From Akkermansiaceae bacterium (GTDB taxonomy: Bacteria; Verrucomicrobiota; Verrucomicrobiia; Verrucomicrobiales; Akkermansiaceae): 64,000 nucleotides of DNA. The DNA lies in contig JBPOGF010000016.1 in the NCBI GenBank assembly GCA_051251915.1, positions 42,266 through 106,265 of the forward strand, read 5' to 3'. Made by a program: the position numbers and the translations under genes. Shown here piece after piece: positions 1 through 9,252 of the stretch (its first letter is position 1; every line of letters begins with the position of its first letter). Under the pieces are notes generated by a model. That model had not been told where the DNA came from. It saw only the letters and a list, made by a program, of their open reading frames with translations, and made no database searches.

Positions 1-1
1 T

Positions 2-685
2 CTAGAACAATTTCTTTTTGAACCTCATATAAGATTAGATTTGATAGAAACTATTAAAGCATCAATTAACGAACTAGGGATACATCATTTTGAAGATGTT
101 CACAGCATCATCTGCGTTGGTGTATGGGAGATTTTAACAAACAATAAAGGTTTAATTGAGCGTAAAATTTCATATATTAAGGGGCAAATTACATCTGGAG
201 AACCAGCTATTCCTTTTCTACCAATTAAAGATTGTAAAGCTTTAACTGAGTTGGAAATTATGATTAAGCAAATAATAAATTCCTTAGATTTAAATTCTCA
301 AAAGGCTTATAAAAATACAGATTTGAATATTCCAGAAACACGATACCTTTTAGCTGATAAATTATTGTATGGCTCTTTCAATGAAAACGAAACAATCTCA
401 GCTGAACGACTTTTGCCTAGCATAGAAAAGCAAACAAAAACTAAAATTTACAAATTGTTTTCCAAATTAAATGTTAATTCTATTTATTCTGCAAATCATA
501 TTTTAAATGCAGAAATGTGGCTGCAAATTAAACATAACAAGTCATTACTTAAACTAATGATTATGATGCATTCTGACTATGAATCTGCAAAAAAATACGA
601 AATTAAAATACAGGAAACCTCTGACATAATAATAAAAGAAAAGGAGTGGCTGTTAAATATTAAAACCCAAATTATCATCGTTTAG
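2..685 (+). CDS. Hypothetical AT-rich protein, 5'-truncated by the window edge
   Basis: The frame of ORF 41..685 stays open back to base 2 (LEQFLFEPHIRLD-LIETIK...). Much more AT-rich than the rest of the window; no recognisable motif. Confidence 0.65.
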   Translation, partial: LEQFLFEPHIRLDLIETIKASINELGIHHFEDVHSIICVGVWEILTNNKGLIERKISYIKGQITSGEPAIPFLPIKDCKALTELEIMIKQIINSLDLNSQKAYKNTDLNIPETRYLLADKLLYGSFNENETISAERLLPSIEKQTKTKIYKLFSKLNVNSIYSANHILNAEMWLQIKHNKSLLKLMIMMHSDYESAKKYEIKIQETSDIIIKEKEWLLNIKTQIIIV

Positions 686-687
686 TG

Positions 688-708
688 AAAACGACAGGGT
701 GTCGTTTT
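688..708. terminator. Bidirectional intrinsic terminator-like hairpin
   Basis: AAAACGACA-GGG-TGTCGTTTT perfect inverted repeat between convergent stop codons. Confidence 0.55.
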
Positions 709-1526
709 TACAAAGGGCTCTGCTTCTTTAGGACCATACGGACATCGCCGATGAAGACCTGAGATCTGAGCTCTACCATGACTCTGTCAACATCATCACT
801 GATCCAGAGAGTGGCTTTCTTGAGCTTCTTGTAGGTTTTGAGGTGCATGGTGTCTTTGTCAATTTTCTGGAGTTTGACATCGAGCTTGATGCAGCGTCTT
901 CCGTTGTGGTTTTCTCTGCCAAGAACGGTGATCTCTGAGAACATGGGAGAGGCGAAAGGGTGTAGGCAAAGGTAAATTTTCTCACCATTTTTTAGTGATT
1001 GTCTACGGATGTATTGGATGGCGGAGAGAGGGTCATGAGAGTTTGCAAACTTGAAGTGGTGGTTCTTGTTTTTAGTTTTCTTCTCGATGAAATTTTCTTC
1101 TTTGGCAACAAAGTGCACACCATTTGATTTAAAGGTATTGGTGGTTTTGATTTTTTCACGTTTATCTTTTTCGTCAGCTACAAAGATGAGCGGTTTATGC
1201 GTCGTTTCTTTGGCGAACGAGGTCATGCTGATGTGGTAGGGGAACACAGCGTAGGCTAAGTTTTGAGACCTTCCATAGGCTTGGCTGATATCGAGCCCCT
1301 TGTAGCGTTTGTCTTTCTTGTTGAAATCAAATGTTAATTCACCTGCTTTGACGGTTCCTTTCCAGCTAAGCTCATATTCCAGTTTGGTGGGTTTGAGCTT
1401 AGGATGTGATCCATTTTTAAATGGTTTCACTTTGTTCATCCATGATGTGTCAGCATGAGCCGTGATGCTAAAAAGAGCTAATGAAGTAGTCACTGCGGCT
1501 AGAAGAGGAAGTGGTGTTTTTTTCAT
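708..1526 (-). CDS. DUF3108-family secreted protein
   Basis: Signal peptide MKKTPLPLLAAV...TAHA; LEYELSW N-terminal motif, DPLSA and TLWISDD...VFIGDVR C-terminal motifs. Start 1526 or 1541. Confidence 0.7.
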   Translation of the reverse strand: MKKTPLPLLAAVTTSLALFSITAHADTSWMNKVKPFKNGSHPKLKPTKLEYELSWKGTVKAGELTFDFNKKDKRYKGLDISQAYGRSQNLAYAVFPYHISMTSFAKETTHKPLIFVADEKDKREKIKTTNTFKSNGVHFVAKEENFIEKKTKNKNHHFKFANSHDPLSAIQYIRRQSLKNGEKIYLCLHPFASPMFSEITVLGRENHNGRRCIKLDVKLQKIDKDTMHLKTYKKLKKATLWISDDVDRVMVELRSQVFIGDVRMVLKKQSPL

Positions 1527-1585
1527 GAGTTTTGATTTCATATGCGTTTGTATGACTGAACTAGGGCGATATATATTCAAATTTA

Positions 1586-2740
1586 TCAATAGTCATTCTC
1601 GGTGCTGCCATCATTTTCGGTGTATTCTTCTACTGTGATGCTGGTGGCTAGGTCGTCCCTGACTTGGTTTTCGAGGTTGCCATCGTCCATTTTATCAACG
1701 CTTTTTTCCAACGTTCTGAATTGCTTGCCAGTGTCTGGTAATGCGATGTGGAGGATGGGGTCACCTGGTGAGACTGCTGGCATGGTGGTCATTCCGAGGA
1801 CAATTCCGTTATGTGGAGAGACGATGGTTTCTAGTTCTTTGCCGAGTAATCCTGTATTGGTCGCGAGTGGTTGGTCTTTCTGAACGATCTCGCCTGGGGC
1901 TACGTGAAATTTCAAGAATCCACCGAATCCCGCTCTGACCCAGCTGGAGCTCTGAACGATCATTTGGTGAGGAGCTGTGTCTGGACGGAGGTCATCAGTG
2001 ACATCTATCATATCGAGTTCAGCCATGATGTGTGTGAGTCCGCGCTGTGTCATGTCTTGGACGGCGGATTCGACCTTGAGTGCTTCACCTGCTTCTAGGA
2101 TGATGGTGGGGCAACCAGATTTACAGGCTTCTCTGCGGAATGATCCATCTGGGCCTTTACTATTGACGATAAGCTCGGCACCGAATGCTTTGGCGAGACG
2201 TTCGCAGTCTGGATCGCTCATGTCTGCTCTGACGTTAGGAAAGTTGGTGCGTCTAACCGCGGCGGTGTGGAGGTCTACGATGTAGTCACTGCGCTTGACG
2301 ATTTCCTTCATGATGAGGTTCGCTAGTCTGCCTGTGAGGCTGCCTTTTTTGTTGCCTGGGAAGGTTCGGTTTAGATCTCGTCTGTCAGGTGTGTAGCGAC
2401 TGTGGCGCTCAAAGCCCATGGTGTTCATGACAGGGGCTAAGATGAGTGTGCCACGTTTGAGGTCAAAGGGTGGTTCCTGAATGAGCTTGCGGATAGCTCC
2501 AGTGCCGTTGATCTCATCACCGTGAACTGCGGCGGTGATGGCTAAAACTGGGCCGTCTTCTAGACCACGCCAGACGAGGAGTGGGAGATGCACGCCAACG
2601 CCGGTGAAGCTTTCACCCGCTTTGAGGCGGATGCGCTTGCGTTCGCCGGGCAGGACGGATGACTTACCCCATTTGCTGATGGAGCGCTTTTTTCTTACTG
2701 GAACTTCGGTTTTCTTTTCAGGAGTGGATGGATTACTCAT
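1586..2740 (-). CDS. Succinylglutamate desuccinylase/aspartoacylase (M14 ASTE/ASPA) family protein
   Basis: AAVHGDEING, DLNRTFPG, VDLHT and ILEAG motifs; C-terminal biotinyl-like barrel. Confidence 0.9.
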   Translation of the reverse strand: MSNPSTPEKKTEVPVRKKRSISKWGKSSVLPGERKRIRLKAGESFTGVGVHLPLLVWRGLEDGPVLAITAAVHGDEINGTGAIRKLIQEPPFDLKRGTLILAPVMNTMGFERHSRYTPDRRDLNRTFPGNKKGSLTGRLANLIMKEIVKRSDYIVDLHTAAVRRTNFPNVRADMSDPDCERLAKAFGAELIVNSKGPDGSFRREACKSGCPTIILEAGEALKVESAVQDMTQRGLTHIMAELDMIDVTDDLRPDTAPHQMIVQSSSWVRAGFGGFLKFHVAPGEIVQKDQPLATNTGLLGKELETIVSPHNGIVLGMTTMPAVSPGDPILHIALPDTGKQFRTLEKSVDKMDDGNLENQVRDDLATSITVEEYTENDGSTENDY

Positions 2741-2751
2741 TTAGGTGATAG

Positions 2752-3954
2752 TTATTCGTGAGTTGTTCCGTCTGTGACAGGAGTGGATGGAAGTGGGCTG
2801 AGCTTGCGTCTACGTTTAGGACGATTAGAGATCAGCTTCTGCATGTTCTTGATTTTTCCGTAGCAGAGTAGGCTATCATGCGCTTCTAGGACGCGTGATG
2901 ATTTAGGGTTTGAGATGACTTGTTCGCCTCGTCTGAGAGTGAGAACCACGACGTCTTCTTCGCGGAGTCCAGTTTGATCGATCGTTTGGCCGATGAACAT
3001 GCTGCCATCAGTGATGCTGATGTCTGTGACGCCGTAGCTCTGACTGACGGTGAGTCTCTGACGGAGGTCGATTTCGGGTAGGTTTGCTTGATCTGCGATA
3101 AAGTCGATGACCTCGCCGGCGATGTCTAGTCCGGTGGCTCCTTCGATGCCTTCTAGTCCAGGTGATGAGTTGATCTCCATGATCTGAGGACCATCTGTGC
3201 CTTCTAGCATGTCTACACCACAGACTTTTAGGCCCATGATCTGAGCGGCTCTGACGGCTGCTTTCGCGTATGCTGGATCTAGATCGATAGCGGTAGCGAG
3301 ACCGCCGCGGTGGACGTTACTGCGGAATTCTTGACCTTGAGCGGTTCTGCGGATGGCACCAACTACGCGGTCATTGATAACGAATGCGCGGACGTCTTTG
3401 CCTTTGCTTTCAGCCACAAATTTCTGGATGAGAACGTTTTGGTTGGCGCTGTGGAGGGTCTCGATGATGGCTTTGGCGATTTCTGGCTTATCAGCCAGAA
3501 TGACGCCTACACCTTGAGTTCCTTCGATGAGTTTAATGATGACGGGAGTGCCGCCTACGCGTGCGATGGCGTCTTCAACATCGTTTTTGTCTGCGACGTA
3601 TGCGGTGCGTGGGATGCCAATGTCATGGCGTGAAAGAATCTGTAGGCTTCGGAGTTTATCACGTGAGTTGGAGATACCGCTAGATGTGTTAGGCGTGTAG
3701 ACATCCATCTGCTCGAACTGGCGCACGACTGTGGTGCCGTAGCGAGTGATGGAGGTGCCGATACGTGGTAAGATAGCGTCTGTGTCTGCGATGCTTTTTC
3801 CTCTGTAGAAAAGATCTGGCTCTCCTTCATCCATGTCTATGGCGAAGCGCAGTGGGTCTTGGATGAGAACCTTGTGGCCTCTGTTTTTAGCAGCTTCGAC
3901 AAGTCGACGGGTAGAGTAGCACTGAGGTGCTCTGGAAAGAATAGTTAATCGCAT
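2752..3954 (-). CDS. rimK: RimK-family alpha-L-glutamate ligase with C-terminal TrkA-C (RCK_C) domain
   Basis: YSTRRL, GTQGVGV, FRSNVHRGG and EINSSPGLEGIE motifs; extra ~100 aa (FIGQTI..GLREEDVVVLTLRRG..SNP..LEAHDSLLCYG) matching RCK_C. Confidence 0.85.
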   Translation of the reverse strand: MRLTILSRAPQCYSTRRLVEAAKNRGHKVLIQDPLRFAIDMDEGEPDLFYRGKSIADTDAILPRIGTSITRYGTTVVRQFEQMDVYTPNTSSGISNSRDKLRSLQILSRHDIGIPRTAYVADKNDVEDAIARVGGTPVIIKLIEGTQGVGVILADKPEIAKAIIETLHSANQNVLIQKFVAESKGKDVRAFVINDRVVGAIRRTAQGQEFRSNVHRGGLATAIDLDPAYAKAAVRAAQIMGLKVCGVDMLEGTDGPQIMEINSSPGLEGIEGATGLDIAGEVIDFIADQANLPEIDLRQRLTVSQSYGVTDISITDGSMFIGQTIDQTGLREEDVVVLTLRRGEQVISNPKSSRVLEAHDSLLCYGKIKNMQKLISNRPKRRRKLSPLPSTPVTDGTTHE

Positions 3955-4057
3955 AGTGATAATGGTTTTATAGGCTACCCAACATGAGTAGCCATTGCCA
4001 AAATGCTGAGGCTATAATTCCCGAATCACAAGCTTAATTCTTTCAATATTAAAATCT

Positions 4058-5125
4058 CTACAGCTCGATAGTTTTGCCTGTTTTATAGGACTCGTCAGCA
4101 GCTGCGACTATTTTCATTGAGTTGATGGCGTCTTCCATGTGGTCGGTGAGATCTTCGTTTTCGAGGATGGCTTTGAGGAAGAATTGTTGCTCACGTTTGC
4201 AGAGTTCATCGTGGTCTGGTTCGTCGCCAGTTTCGACCCATTGGTCTTCTTTTACGAACTGGTTATTTTCATCGATTTCGGAGAAGTGTCTACGGAGTGA
4301 GTTGGTCTTGGTGTGAGCGTCGACGTTGTCTGATTGGCCTTCATCGGCTGCGTCTTTAGCTTCGATGGTGACACAGCCGTTGGGGCCTACTACGTCTTTG
4401 ACGAAGAATGCGGTTTCGGACATCATTGGGCCCCAGCCGGCTTCATACCAGCCTACTGAGCCGTCTTCGAAGGTGACTTGGAGATGGCCGTAGTTGATTT
4501 TTCCTTCTGGGATTTGGTTAGATAGTCTGGCGCCGAGGCCTGATACACGGATGGGTTTAGAGCGGGTCATTTGGCACATGACGTCTACGTAGTGGACGCC
4601 GCAGTCGACGATTGGGGAGATGGATGACATGAGGTTCATGTGGGTGTTCCACATGTCGCCTGATGACTGTTGGTTGAGATTCATACGCATGACGAGGGGT
4701 TTGCCTAGGTCATGTGACATTTCGATGAACTTCTGCCATGATGGGTGATGGCGGAGGATGTAGCCGATGACGAGTTTCTTGCCGCTGGTTTTAGCTGCTT
4801 CGACGATTTCCTCTGCTTCTGCGACTGTTTCAGCGAGTGGTTTCTCGATGAAGACGTCACAGCCGGCTGCGAATGCGGCTTTGGCAAATGCGGCGTGTGT
4901 GTCTGGGTAGGTGGAGATGGAGACGGCGTCTGGCTTAGTTTGTTCTAATGCCTCGTAGAAGTCACTGAAGAGGTCGTATCCGCCACCGAGTTCTTCGTTG
5001 AGTTTTTCACGAGATGCGGCTGAGCGAGTGACGATGCCGGCGATGTTGAATTCTGGGATGTTGTGATAGGCGAGGGCGTGTGAACGACCCATGTTTCCGG
5101 CTCCTACGCAGAGTATTGTTGGCAT
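4058..5125 (-). CDS. Gfo/Idh/MocA family oxidoreductase
   Basis: GAGNMG Rossmann motif, EKP motif, DCGVHYVD. Confidence 0.9.
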   Translation of the reverse strand: MPTILCVGAGNMGRSHALAYHNIPEFNIAGIVTRSAASREKLNEELGGGYDLFSDFYEALEQTKPDAVSISTYPDTHAAFAKAAFAAGCDVFIEKPLAETVAEAEEIVEAAKTSGKKLVIGYILRHHPSWQKFIEMSHDLGKPLVMRMNLNQQSSGDMWNTHMNLMSSISPIVDCGVHYVDVMCQMTRSKPIRVSGLGARLSNQIPEGKINYGHLQVTFEDGSVGWYEAGWGPMMSETAFFVKDVVGPNGCVTIEAKDAADEGQSDNVDAHTKTNSLRRHFSEIDENNQFVKEDQWVETGDEPDHDELCKREQQFFLKAILENEDLTDHMEDAINSMKIVAAADESYKTGKTIEL

Positions 5126-5167
5126 AATAGTGATTTGAAATTTATGATTTGATATTTGAAAGGATGA

Positions 5168-6568
5168 TTATTCTTCGTCTGTGTCTACTTTGTCCCAGAA
5201 GAAGACGGCGAAGATGATGAAGATGGCAGCGGCGAGGATCATTGGGAAATACCAGTAGTCTTGCCATTGGGTCATGCTTGTGGAGACGAGTTCTGGGTCT
5301 ACTCCTTCTGGGTAGCCTTTGCCGAACATTCCGCCGAGTTGCTCTAGGGTGCTTTTGTCAGGTGCTCCGACGTTGGCGTCTTTGATGGCGTTGACTAGGT
5401 CACCTGATGGGGCGTTGCCGTAGACTGTTTCTCCTTGTGTGATAGTGTTAGGTAGCTTGGCGTCTACGAATGGGAAATTTCCACCGAATGCGAAACGGAA
5501 GCCGAAGAACATGCCGAGTCCTTGGGTGAGGAATACGAGTAGAGCTTGAGCTTGGCCGCGGATGGCTTTTGGTGCTTTTTTGTCGGTGTAGATGAAGCCT
5601 GTGACGAAGAAGAAGTCATAACAGATACCGTGTAGTGCGACACCGGCTAGGAGCATCCATGCAACCTGATCTGGTGCGCCGAATGCGAAGAGTGCGTAGC
5701 GAGCGACCCAGCATGCCATGCCGATGAGAAGCATAATTTTGACACCTAGTTTACGGAAGAAGAAGGGGATGAGGATCATGAAGATGATCTCTGACATCTG
5801 GCCGATGCTCATGAAGGATGCTGGCTCAGTGTAGCCTGCCGCTCCGAGGAAGGTGGCAGTCTGAGCATAGTAGTATGCGAGTGGGATGCAGATGAGCATG
5901 GAGCAGATAGCGAATACTGCGAATGATGGGATCTTGAATAGCTTGAAGGCATCTAACATCAGGAGTGATCTGAGGTTGAGTGGCTGGCCTTTTGCTGGTG
6001 CTGGGGTGCTGGGTAGGGTGAAGGAGAAGATACCTAGTGCGAGTGATGCGGCTGCGGCTACCCAGAAAATTTGCAGTGAGTTAGATAGCTGTGCGAAGCC
6101 GAGGAATAGTCCGGCTACGATCCAACCGATGGTGCCCCAGACACGTGCTTTTGGGAATTGTTCTTGGGGTAGGTGGGTGAATGTGATGGTGTTTGCAAGT
6201 CCTAGAGTAGGCATGTAGCAGCACATGTAGGCGATCATTAGGATGACGATGGTAGGGCCAGCTGATGCTCCTTGAGGTGCGATGTAGGCGATGTATGCCA
6301 TGAGACCGCTACCGATGACCATGAGGGCACCCATGACTTTTTCTGAGGGGAAGAAGCGGTCAGCTACTAGTCCCAGGAAGAGGGGGGCGAAGATGGCCGC
6401 TATGGGGGCACTTTCGTAAGCACCACCAATGATAGCTCCTAGGTCATTTGTTCCAAGCGAGAGGGCGAGGTTTACGAACCATGATCCCCAGGCGAAGAAC
6501 TGTAAGAACATCATTATGGAGAGTTTGGTGAGGATGCTTTTGTCCGATAGTGTGGTGTCAGCGGTCAT
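5168..6568 (-). CDS. MFS nucleoside:H+ symporter-like permease (NupG/XapB family)
   Basis: LSIMMFLQFFAWGSW, RVWGTIGWI, GQMSEI, LHGICYDFFFV motifs; about 12 TM segments. Confidence 0.85.
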   Translation of the reverse strand: MTADTTLSDKSILTKLSIMMFLQFFAWGSWFVNLALSLGTNDLGAIIGGAYESAPIAAIFAPLFLGLVADRFFPSEKVMGALMVIGSGLMAYIAYIAPQGASAGPTIVILMIAYMCCYMPTLGLANTITFTHLPQEQFPKARVWGTIGWIVAGLFLGFAQLSNSLQIFWVAAAASLALGIFSFTLPSTPAPAKGQPLNLRSLLMLDAFKLFKIPSFAVFAICSMLICIPLAYYYAQTATFLGAAGYTEPASFMSIGQMSEIIFMILIPFFFRKLGVKIMLLIGMACWVARYALFAFGAPDQVAWMLLAGVALHGICYDFFFVTGFIYTDKKAPKAIRGQAQALLVFLTQGLGMFFGFRFAFGGNFPFVDAKLPNTITQGETVYGNAPSGDLVNAIKDANVGAPDKSTLEQLGGMFGKGYPEGVDPELVSTSMTQWQDYWYFPMILAAAIFIIFAVFFWDKVDTDEE

Positions 6569-6599
6569 GATTTTGTAGGTGTGTTAGGTGCTTAGAAAC

Positions 6600-7868
6600 C
6601 TAGTTGTGTTCTTTGATGTAGATGTTTTTGAACTCGAGTGCTGAGCCATGGTGCTGGAGGGCGATGGCTCCTTCCGCTGGGACTCCTGGGAGCTGTGCGT
6701 CGATGATGACTTTTTTGCCGTTGAGGGTTACGTTGAGGATGTCTCCAATGAGGGAAATCTCCATGCGGTTCCATGCGCCGATGGGGTGATCTGCACGGAC
6801 TCTAGGGACGAGTGCGGCGCGGATTTCTTGGCTATGTTTCTTGTTCATACGGTAGCCGTAGACTTCACCTGAGCCACATGGCCAGTTCCAGAGGTTTACT
6901 TGTGAGCGGTTGTTGCCACGGAAGTAGATGCCGCTGTCGAGTTCGATGACCTCTTGTTTGATGTCATTTCCTGCTGCATCTTTCTTGGCTTCTCCTGTTT
7001 TAGGATCTAATACAGGACGCATGAGTTTTTGAGCTGATGTTTCTGCCCAGCGCCAATCTAGCACGATGGTGGTGTCTTTGTATTTTTTGGCTGTCCAGAG
7101 GTTCTTGTCTTCTGCTGTGGACTTGCTGTCGTAGTATAAAACCTTACCTCTGGGTTGCCAGTGACCGACGTGACCGGGGTCATCGCTCCAGCCGGTGAGG
7201 TCTTTTTCGTTGTAGAGCTGGTTGAAGCCGGTGAGGTCAACCTCTGGGAGGGTGGTGTCTGTGATGGTGATGTTTCTGAATGCTACTGGGTCACCGTGGC
7301 CGCAGAATCCGATGTGTCCTGAACGGCGTTTGATGCCTTCGTGTTTCGGGTTTTTGGCGGATAGGTCATCGAGGTTGGCTTCATTGATGATGACGCCGTT
7401 GAGTTCGACGATGATGTGGTTGCCGTTGACGGTGATGGTTTCTTTGTTCCATTCGCCGAGGGGCTTAAGGTGTCCGTGTTTTGCTTCTTTGAGGGTGTAG
7501 ATGCCGCCGTGGAACTGGTATGGTTTGAGGTCTTTGTATTTGGGGGCGGTGTCATCTAGGACTTGGATCTCCATGGCTTTGTATGCTGGATCTCCAGTTC
7601 CTGGGTAGTGGATGGCGATGCCGTTGTTGCCACCAGGGGGTAGTTTGAACTCGAAGCTGAAGACGTAGTTGGAGTAGGTTTTCTCGGTGATGAGATTTTT
7701 ACCCTTAGGTGTGCAAACGATGGTGCCGTCTTTGACTTCGTATCCTTCACCCATCCAGCCGGTGAGGTCTTCGCCATTGAATAATTTAACTTGCTCGCCA
7801 GCAGAGCAGATTCCAGTAGAGATAGTTCCAGCGACGAACGCCAGAGAAAGAACTTTAAGTGATTTCAT
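6600..7868 (-). CDS. Secreted tandem DUF1080 (3-keto-glycoside hydrolase/lyase) protein
   Basis: Signal peptide; two repeats starting LFNGEDLTGW / LYNEKDLTGW and ending GHIGFCGHG..FRNI / GAIALQHHG..FKNI. Confidence 0.88.
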   Translation of the reverse strand: MKSLKVLSLAFVAGTISTGICSAGEQVKLFNGEDLTGWMGEGYEVKDGTIVCTPKGKNLITEKTYSNYVFSFEFKLPPGGNNGIAIHYPGTGDPAYKAMEIQVLDDTAPKYKDLKPYQFHGGIYTLKEAKHGHLKPLGEWNKETITVNGNHIIVELNGVIINEANLDDLSAKNPKHEGIKRRSGHIGFCGHGDPVAFRNITITDTTLPEVDLTGFNQLYNEKDLTGWSDDPGHVGHWQPRGKVLYYDSKSTAEDKNLWTAKKYKDTTIVLDWRWAETSAQKLMRPVLDPKTGEAKKDAAGNDIKQEVIELDSGIYFRGNNRSQVNLWNWPCGSGEVYGYRMNKKHSQEIRAALVPRVRADHPIGAWNRMEISLIGDILNVTLNGKKVIIDAQLPGVPAEGAIALQHHGSALEFKNIYIKEHN

Positions 7869-8135
7869 GATGATGTTACGGAAATCTATGTGGGTTCTTT
7901 CAGTAGATCAATCATTTAAATTTTAGTGTGAGGAGGTGATGGAATGGGGTTGTGAGGTGATAGGGTGTTATTTTTTAGTGTTTGGTTATGATGGTGTTAT
8001 GTTGTTTTTAGGTTTGTGTGGGTTTCCCCAAACGTGTTTGATGAAAGGTTAAATTTGTATGTAATGTGCAGATCCATTACTTAGAGCTAATCATAGAGCA
8101 CTGAACAGTATATGGTTTCCTTGGCGGGTGTTTGC

Positions 8136-8417
8136 TTATTCTGCTAGTGTGAAGAGGTTGCAAGATTTGCAGTGGTGGGCTGGGTATTTGCAGCCTAGGC
8201 CGGATTTGGTTTTGCCGATGAGGTTGCCTCCGGATATGGCTTTTTTGAGGCGGGACTGGGTGTCTCCGAGCCAGGTGACGTTGGAGTTGGATCTGATGAA
8301 TCCGGGTTCCATTTCTTGGTTGCAGCTTGGACAGGGTTTGATGCCTTCGGGGGATTCTAAAGGTGGGGCGTAGATTTTGTGGGGATCGTTGGTGGCAAAT
8401 GGGTTGGGTTCTGACAT
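8136..8417 (-). CDS. Small Zn-ribbon protein (DUF6487/PF20097-like)
   Basis: CPSCNQEMEPGFI ... AHHCKSCNLF, two CxxC pairs. Confidence 0.7.
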   Translation of the reverse strand: MSEPNPFATNDPHKIYAPPLESPEGIKPCPSCNQEMEPGFIRSNSNVTWLGDTQSRLKKAISGGNLIGKTKSGLGCKYPAHHCKSCNLFTLAE

Positions 8418-8422
8418 GGGGA

Positions 8423-9229
8423 TTATGTGACCGTAAGGTTGATCATGGTGGTGTCGTCTGTGCCGTCGTTTTCTAGGGCGCGGGTTAGGATGGATTGGTG
8501 GACGGTGGCTGGATCTGGGCCTTGTTTGAGGAAGGCGGAGTGGATGTTTTTTTCCCAGACTCCGTCGGTGATGCCGTCTGAACAGAGCATGAATTGGTCA
8601 CCGGGTTGGTAGGGGATGGCGGCGATCTGGGGTTTGACGTTGCGGTTGCCGGCGCCGACGACTTGGTAGAGGACGGATCTGCGTGGGTGGGAGCGGTATT
8701 GGATTTCTGAGAGTTCTTTACGCTGGAGTTTTTTCCAGACGAGGGCGTGGTCTAGGGAGAGCTGGGTGGTTAGGCCGTCTCGGTGGAGGTAGAGTCTGGA
8801 GTCGCCGATGTGGGCGAGGTAGAGGTTCTCTGGGGTGAACCAGGCGAGGGTGAGGGTGGCTCCCATGCCGGTGTGGGCTTCGTTTTTGTCACCCGCGGCG
8901 TTGATCTCGGCGTGGATTTTTTCGACGGCGAGTTCTAGTTGTTCAAGGTAGTCTGGGTGGAAGCCTTGGGCGGCGGCTTTGAAGGTTTGGGGTATTATTT
9001 GGCTGATGTTTTGGAGGATGAGGCTGGATGCGAGATAGCCTGCGTTTCCTCCGCCCATGCCGTCTGAGACGGCGAAGATGATGTCTTTTTCAGCGTTGCT
9101 GATGGTGCCTTCTGAAGGTAAGTTTTCTGAGCCGGTCATGCCGGCTGAGAAGACTGCCCAAGAGTCGTCGTTCTCGGGTTTCTTAGTGCCGGAGGTGGAT
9201 GATGCGTGCCATTGGAAGTTTGCTGCCAT
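8423..9229 (-). CDS. PP2C/PPM-family Ser/Thr protein phosphatase
   Basis: ENDD, VSDGMGG, HIGDSRLY, LCSDG and DDTT motifs. Confidence 0.92.
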   Translation of the reverse strand: MAANFQWHASSTSGTKKPENDDSWAVFSAGMTGSENLPSEGTISNAEKDIIFAVSDGMGGGNAGYLASSLILQNISQIIPQTFKAAAQGFHPDYLEQLELAVEKIHAEINAAGDKNEAHTGMGATLTLAWFTPENLYLAHIGDSRLYLHRDGLTTQLSLDHALVWKKLQRKELSEIQYRSHPRRSVLYQVVGAGNRNVKPQIAAIPYQPGDQFMLCSDGITDGVWEKNIHSAFLKQGPDPATVHQSILTRALENDGTDDTTMINLTVT

Positions 9230-9252
9230 TTATTAACTATTAAACATTAATA

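Noticed and set aside
7926..8040. G/T-rich low-complexity tract as a possible ncRNA or repeat
   Set aside because: No stable structure or clear repeat unit; consistent with the general strand skew.
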